Shown piece after piece: positions 59,869-64,000 of a DNA stretch of 64,000 nucleotides. The stretch covers positions 2,127-66,126 of the forward strand of contig CAMWNT010000002.1 of NCBI GenBank assembly GCA_947175695.1, read 5' to 3'. This DNA comes from an uncultured Porphyromonadaceae bacterium (GTDB taxonomy: Bacteria; Bacteroidota; Bacteroidia; Bacteroidales; Muribaculaceae). How positions within the stretch are numbered: the stretch's first letter is position 1; each line of letters starts with the position of its first letter. Under the pieces are notes generated by a model that worked only from the letters and a program-made list of their open reading frames with translations, did no database searches and had not been told where the DNA came from. The position numbers and the translations under genes are program-made.

Positions 59869-60840
59869 GTGACATATCCTGATTTTCTGAAATTATGGCG
59901 CGATGCCGATGCCGATGATATCGAGGTCTCGACATCGGGCTCGACCGGTGCTCCGAAGCGCATTTTGCTCCCGAAGCGACTGATGCGCATGAGCGCATGG
60001 CGCACAATCCGACATTTCGGTCTTGACGCCTCATCGGCGCTTCACAGCTGCATATCGCCGGATTATATCGGTGGAAAGATGATGGCTGTCAGGGCGGAGG
60101 AATGCGGCGCGAAGCTTACATTCGAGCCACCCTCCAACACCCCCGAGCTGTCGATTGGCCCGAATGAAAGACTCGATCTCGTGGCGGTCGTCCCCTCTCA
60201 GATGTGGCATATTCTCCAACTTCCACAAGCCGCGCGATGCCGCTTCCTTATCGGGGGCTCCCCGATCCCGCCATCGCTTCGGCAGGCGATTGTCGCGAAA
60301 GGCCTCGACTGCCACGAAAGCTACGGCATGACCGAGACAGCCTCACACATTGCCCTGCGACGCATTGCATCCGGAGAGTCGCTTTTCTACCCACTGCCGG
60401 GCGTTGAAGTGTCGCTGTCTGACCGCGAAACACTGACCATCCGCCAGGGAGAGGATGAGCCGGAGATTGTCACCAACGACCTTGCCAGCATCCATGCCGA
60501 CGGCGGCTTCGAAATACTCGGCCGCGCCGACAACGTCATCATCTCCGGCGGACTGAAAATCATTCCCGAAGATGTGGAGCGACGCGTATTGCCGCTTCTT
60601 CAACCCTACGGAGTCGATGCAGTAATGCTGACCTCCATACCCGACGCAAAATGGGGAGAGAGCACGGTGCTCATCGTAGAATTGCCCGCTCGGGAGAATG
60701 CGACATCTCTCCCGATTCCATCGGCCGACACAATTATCGGATTATGCCGCAAAGTCCTTCGACGCCATGAAGTTCCCAAAGCAGTAGAACTGACGTCGAC
60801 CCTGCCACGCACACCCAACGGCAAGCTCAAACGCCATTGA
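59869..60840 (+). CDS. menE: o-succinylbenzoate-CoA ligase (short Bacteroidetes form)
   Basis: TSGSTGAPK, YGMTET, GRADNVIISGG.K, PRTPNGK; follows menC. Confidence 0.88.
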   Translation: MTYPDFLKLWRDADADDIEVSTSGSTGAPKRILLPKRLMRMSAWRTIRHFGLDASSALHSCISPDYIGGKMMAVRAEECGAKLTFEPPSNTPELSIGPNERLDLVAVVPSQMWHILQLPQAARCRFLIGGSPIPPSLRQAIVAKGLDCHESYGMTETASHIALRRIASGESLFYPLPGVEVSLSDRETLTIRQGEDEPEIVTNDLASIHADGGFEILGRADNVIISGGLKIIPEDVERRVLPLLQPYGVDAVMLTSIPDAKWGESTVLIVELPARENATSLPIPSADTIIGLCRKVLRRHEVPKAVELTSTLPRTPNGKLKRH

Positions 60841-60909
60841 CCGACACCATGCCAAACATCCCCCGGTCAATATAATCACGGTGTTGATGATATTTGATGA
60901 TGATATTTA

Positions 60910-60955
60910 TTTGGCAGTTACGCAAAAATGTTGTAAATTTGTGTTATATAACATA
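60910..60955 (+). promoter_or_regulatory. cur promoter with an overlapping palindromic operator
   Basis: TTTG-N20-TAAATTTG followed directly by the perfect palindrome TGTTATATAACA. Confidence 0.7.
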
Positions 60956-61040
60956 CCTGCCACCGAGACGTTTCAGTAATTTATTGTCTGTCAAAATGTA
61001 ACACCCGATATATTGCATCCGTCGTCGGATTAATCAAGTA

Positions 61041-61745
61041 GTGATGATTAAAAAAAGCACCTTCGAACAGATTATCAGCCAGGATATGGCCGAGATGTGG
61101 AGCGCTCTGCGCCCCAACGAGAAGCGTATTGTGACTGATAATTTCAGTATACAGAATTTCAAGAAGAATCAGATCATTTATGCCGAAAAAGACAATCCCG
61201 AGATGCTATGGTGTCTTCTGAAAGGAAAGGTGAAGATGTATAAAAACGGCATTGGCGATCGTGTGCAAATTCTGCGGCTCTATCGGCCTGTGCAATATTT
61301 CGGCTATCGCGCTTATTTCGCAAGAGAGCCCTATGTGTCGTCAGCAGCGGCCTTCGAACCTTCGACACTTGGTGCAATCCCCATGGAAGTGGTGGAGGAT
61401 CTTATCAAGGGGAATAATGATCTGGCGATGTTTTTCATCCATGAGCTATCGAGAAATCTCGGCGGCTCTGACACCAAAATCGTATCGCTCACTCAGAAGC
61501 ATATCCGCGGACGTCTCGCCGACGCCCTCCTGCTGCTCATCGAAAACTATGGTCTTGAAGACGATGAATCCACTCTCAAGATTTATATGAGCCGCGAGGA
61601 TCTCGCCAATCTCTCCAATATGACTACGTCCAATGCCATACGCACTCTCGGCGCATTTGTCAATGAGAAGCTCATTCTTGTCGATGGCCGACGCATTAAA
61701 ATCATCAATCAGGCACAACTCCGCAAGATCTCGAAATTCGGCTGA
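61041..61745 (+). CDS. cur: Crp/Fnr family regulator, probable BT4338 (Cur) orthologue
   Basis: YFGYRAYFA, LTQKHIRGRLA, YGLEDDESTL, SREDLANLSNMTTSNAIRTL match BT4338 as I recall it. Confidence 0.8.
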   Translation: MMIKKSTFEQIISQDMAEMWSALRPNEKRIVTDNFSIQNFKKNQIIYAEKDNPEMLWCLLKGKVKMYKNGIGDRVQILRLYRPVQYFGYRAYFAREPYVSSAAAFEPSTLGAIPMEVVEDLIKGNNDLAMFFIHELSRNLGGSDTKIVSLTQKHIRGRLADALLLLIENYGLEDDESTLKIYMSREDLANLSNMTTSNAIRTLGAFVNEKLILVDGRRIKIINQAQLRKISKFG

Positions 61746-61827
61746 TCGCCTCTGACCTATTCCGGCAGATTGACCGACATTCGACTTTCAAAATACGCCT
61801 CAATAATAAAAATTACGCTTCAATAAT

Positions 61828-61883
61828 AAAATAGCTGCGGGCGCGACTTCCTGTTAAGGAAGACCGCGCCCGAAGCTATTTTT
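61828..61883. terminator. Bidirectional terminator between cur and lpxA
   Basis: AAAATAGCT-GCGGGCGCG...CGCGCCCG-AAGCTATTTT; preceded by an imperfect 20-bp duplication. Confidence 0.75.
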
Positions 61884-61895
61884 GATCAATGCGTC

Positions 61896-62669
61896 TTAAA
61901 ACGCGCTGCGGATGATGCCGCGCTGCGAATTCTCGATAAAGTTGAGAATCTCGTCGCGCACTTCGGATTGAGGAATCTGCTCGCGGATCTGGCGCACAGC
62001 GTTGGTCACATTCAAATCGCTCAGATAGAGGATACGATACACCTCCGTGATGATCTGGATCTTTTCCAATGGGAAACCGTGGCGATGCATGCCGACTGTA
62101 TTGAGTCCGACATACGATATCGGCTCGCGGGCGGCTTTGACATAAGGAGGAATGTCCTTATTCACAAGAGCTCCACCCTGAAGCATTATGTTGCGGCCGA
62201 GGTGGCAGAACTGATGCACAAGACTACCCCCGCCTATGACAGCGCAATCATCGACCACGACCTCTCCGGCAAGCTGGGTTGCGTTGGAAATGATCACCCG
62301 ATTGCCGATCTTGCAGTCATGGGCCACATGCGTATAGGCCATGATAAGGCAATTCTCGCCAATCTCCGTGAGGCCTTTCGACGCTGTGCCGCGATTGACT
62401 GTGACACATTCCCGGATCGTGGTGCCGTTGCCGATCACTGCGAGCGTGTCTTCTCCGCGGAACTTCAAGTCCTGCGGGACGCCGGCGATTACGGCTCCGG
62501 GTAAGATCTTCACTCCTTCGCCGATGCGGGCTCCGGGAAATATCGTGACATTATTGCCTATCTCGCAATTGTCGCCGATCTCCACATTCTCGTAGATGCA
62601 TGTGAACGCACCGACCTTGACGTTGTTGCCCACTCGCGCATCGGGGTGAATCTGATTCAGAATATTCAT
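61896..62669 (-). CDS. lpxA: UDP-N-acetylglucosamine O-acyltransferase
   Basis: Hexapeptide repeats, PQDLKF, RECVTVNRGT, HVAHDC, VHQF; start ATG 62669. Confidence 0.96.
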   Translation of the reverse strand: MNILNQIHPDARVGNNVKVGAFTCIYENVEIGDNCEIGNNVTIFPGARIGEGVKILPGAVIAGVPQDLKFRGEDTLAVIGNGTTIRECVTVNRGTASKGLTEIGENCLIMAYTHVAHDCKIGNRVIISNATQLAGEVVVDDCAVIGGGSLVHQFCHLGRNIMLQGGALVNKDIPPYVKAAREPISYVGLNTVGMHRHGFPLEKIQIITEVYRILYLSDLNVTNAVRQIREQIPQSEVRDEILNFIENSQRGIIRSAF

Positions 62670-62734
62670 GCCGAGTTGTTGGATTTTTGTCTTTATATGC
62701 TGGCCGGCGGCCCATAGCGAGCCGCCGGGCGACA

Positions 62735-64000
62735 TTATTTATTTTTGATGATCTGAGCCATGAACTCTGCCTCGCAGACAATCTTTTCGCCTACGAATCC
62801 ATAGCCTTTGACTACCGCACATCCACGGCGGATCTCCGTCATAAGGCTGACGTTGAGCAGCAAAGTATTGCCGGGCACTACTTTCTGGCGGAATTTCACA
62901 TTGTCGATCTTCAGGAAGTAGGTCGAGTATTTATCGGCGTCTTCAAGATAGTTGAGCACGAGCACACCGGCTGCCTGAGCCATAGCCTCGATCTGAAGCA
63001 CGCCCGGCATCACAGGCTCCTGAGGGAAGTGGCCCTGGAAGAAGGGCTCGTTGACCGTGACATTCTTCACTGCCACACAATGACGGCGGTCGATCTCAAT
63101 GACCTTGTCGATCAGCAGGAAGGGATAGCGGTGAGGAAGCATCGAGCGAATGCCGTTGATATCGATCAGAGGAGCCTTGTTGGGATCATAGACCGGCGAC
63201 TGGATCTCGGTGTGTTTCACTTCCTTGCGGAGCATTCTGGCGAATTTGTTGTTGACGGTGTGTCCCGGACGGATGGCTACGACACGACCCTTCAGCGGAC
63301 GACCTACAAGAGCAATGTCGCCGATCAGATCCATCAGCTTGTGGCGTGCGGGCTCGTTGTCCCATTTGAGGGGAGTGGGGTTGATATAGCCTACGTTCTT
63401 GAGCTCCACATGATCCACGCCGACAACATCGCAGATCTGATTGATCTTTTCCTGCGAAATCGGCTGGTCGTAGATGACGATCGCATTTTCAAGGTCGCCC
63501 CCTTTGATCAGGCCGTTCTGAAGAAGAGCCTCGATCTCGCGGACAAACACAAATGTGCGCGCGCTTGCCACTTTCTTGTGGAAATCCGCAAGATTGTCGA
63601 GGATAGCAAACTGATTGGGGAGCACCGGCGAATTGTATTCCACCATCACCTCGACCGAGAATCCGTCGTCGGGATAGATTGTAATCGAGCTGCCGGTCTC
63701 TTCATCTCTGAATTTGGTCTTGCTCTTGATTATGTAGTAGTCTTTTTCTTCGTTGAGTTCCTTGACTCCGACGCGCTCGATATTCTCGATATAGTGGAGC
63801 GCGGAGCCGTCAAGAATAGGCATTTCAGGACCGTTGACCTCTACAACGCAGTTGTCGATGCCGGCGGCATAGAGAGCCGCCATAGCGTGTTCGATCGTCG
63901 ACACGCGGGCCTCACCCTGGGCGATGACTGTGCCGCGTGTGGTGTCGACCACTTTTTCGGCGAGCGCCGGGATCTCGGGTTCGCCTTCAAGATCGATGCG
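62735..64000 (-). CDS. lpxC: Bifunctional LpxC/FabZ, 5' end outside the window
   Basis: TIEHAMAAL, PILDGS, ARTF, RHKLMDLIGD (LpxC); LPHRYPFLLID, FQGHFP, MPGVLQIEAMAQ (FabZ); frame open to the window edge. Confidence 0.96.
   Translation of the reverse strand, partial: RIDLEGEPEIPALAEKVVDTTRGTVIAQGEARVSTIEHAMAALYAAGIDNCVVEVNGPEMPILDGSALHYIENIERVGVKELNEEKDYYIIKSKTKFRDEETGSSITIYPDDGFSVEVMVEYNSPVLPNQFAILDNLADFHKKVASARTFVFVREIEALLQNGLIKGGDLENAIVIYDQPISQEKINQICDVVGVDHVELKNVGYINPTPLKWDNEPARHKLMDLIGDIALVGRPLKGRVVAIRPGHTVNNKFARMLRKEVKHTEIQSPVYDPNKAPLIDINGIRSMLPHRYPFLLIDKVIEIDRRHCVAVKNVTVNEPFFQGHFPQEPVMPGVLQIEAMAQAAGVLVLNYLEDADKYSTYFLKIDNVKFRQKVVPGNTLLLNVSLMTEIRRGCAVVKGYGFVGEKIVCEAEFMAQIIKNK

Overview
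This is a core chromosomal region of a Bacteroidales bacterium, possibly Muribaculaceae. The assignment is inferred from TTTG-N19-21-TAnnTTTG promoters, a fused lpxC-fabZ, rpmB-rpmG-DUF4295 and a BT4338/Cur-like Crp. It has about 45 mostly housekeeping CDSs: M3, M16, S41 and M13 peptidases; an L,D-transpeptidase-ftsK-lolA-trxB run; dxs-trkA-trkH; nrdD-maeB-nrdG; two BspA-type LRR genes and a TonB-type barrel; ftsY-rimO-menF; patatin-GH13-prs; tamB; tsaD-cinA; ribosomal proteins; nadE; tsaC-sugar transferase-ClC-fmt-menDBCE; cur; lpxA and lpxC/fabZ. I found no rRNA, tRNA, CRISPR array, transposase or integrase, and no clear-cut new multi-gene system. The most notable signals are: (1) tamB is one 4.7-kb frame broken by a single in-frame TAA; (2) a 198-bp fold-back MITE-like element lies between ftsY and rimO, with four partial copies elsewhere in the window; (3) malic enzyme sits between nrdD and nrdG, and nrdD has a structured leader; (4) periodic intergenic repeats (7, 9, 15, 18, 37 bp) recur, several starting at stop codons; (5) a probable Cur autoregulatory box overlaps the cur promoter. 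All calls come from reading the sequence and recalling motifs; no searches were run.
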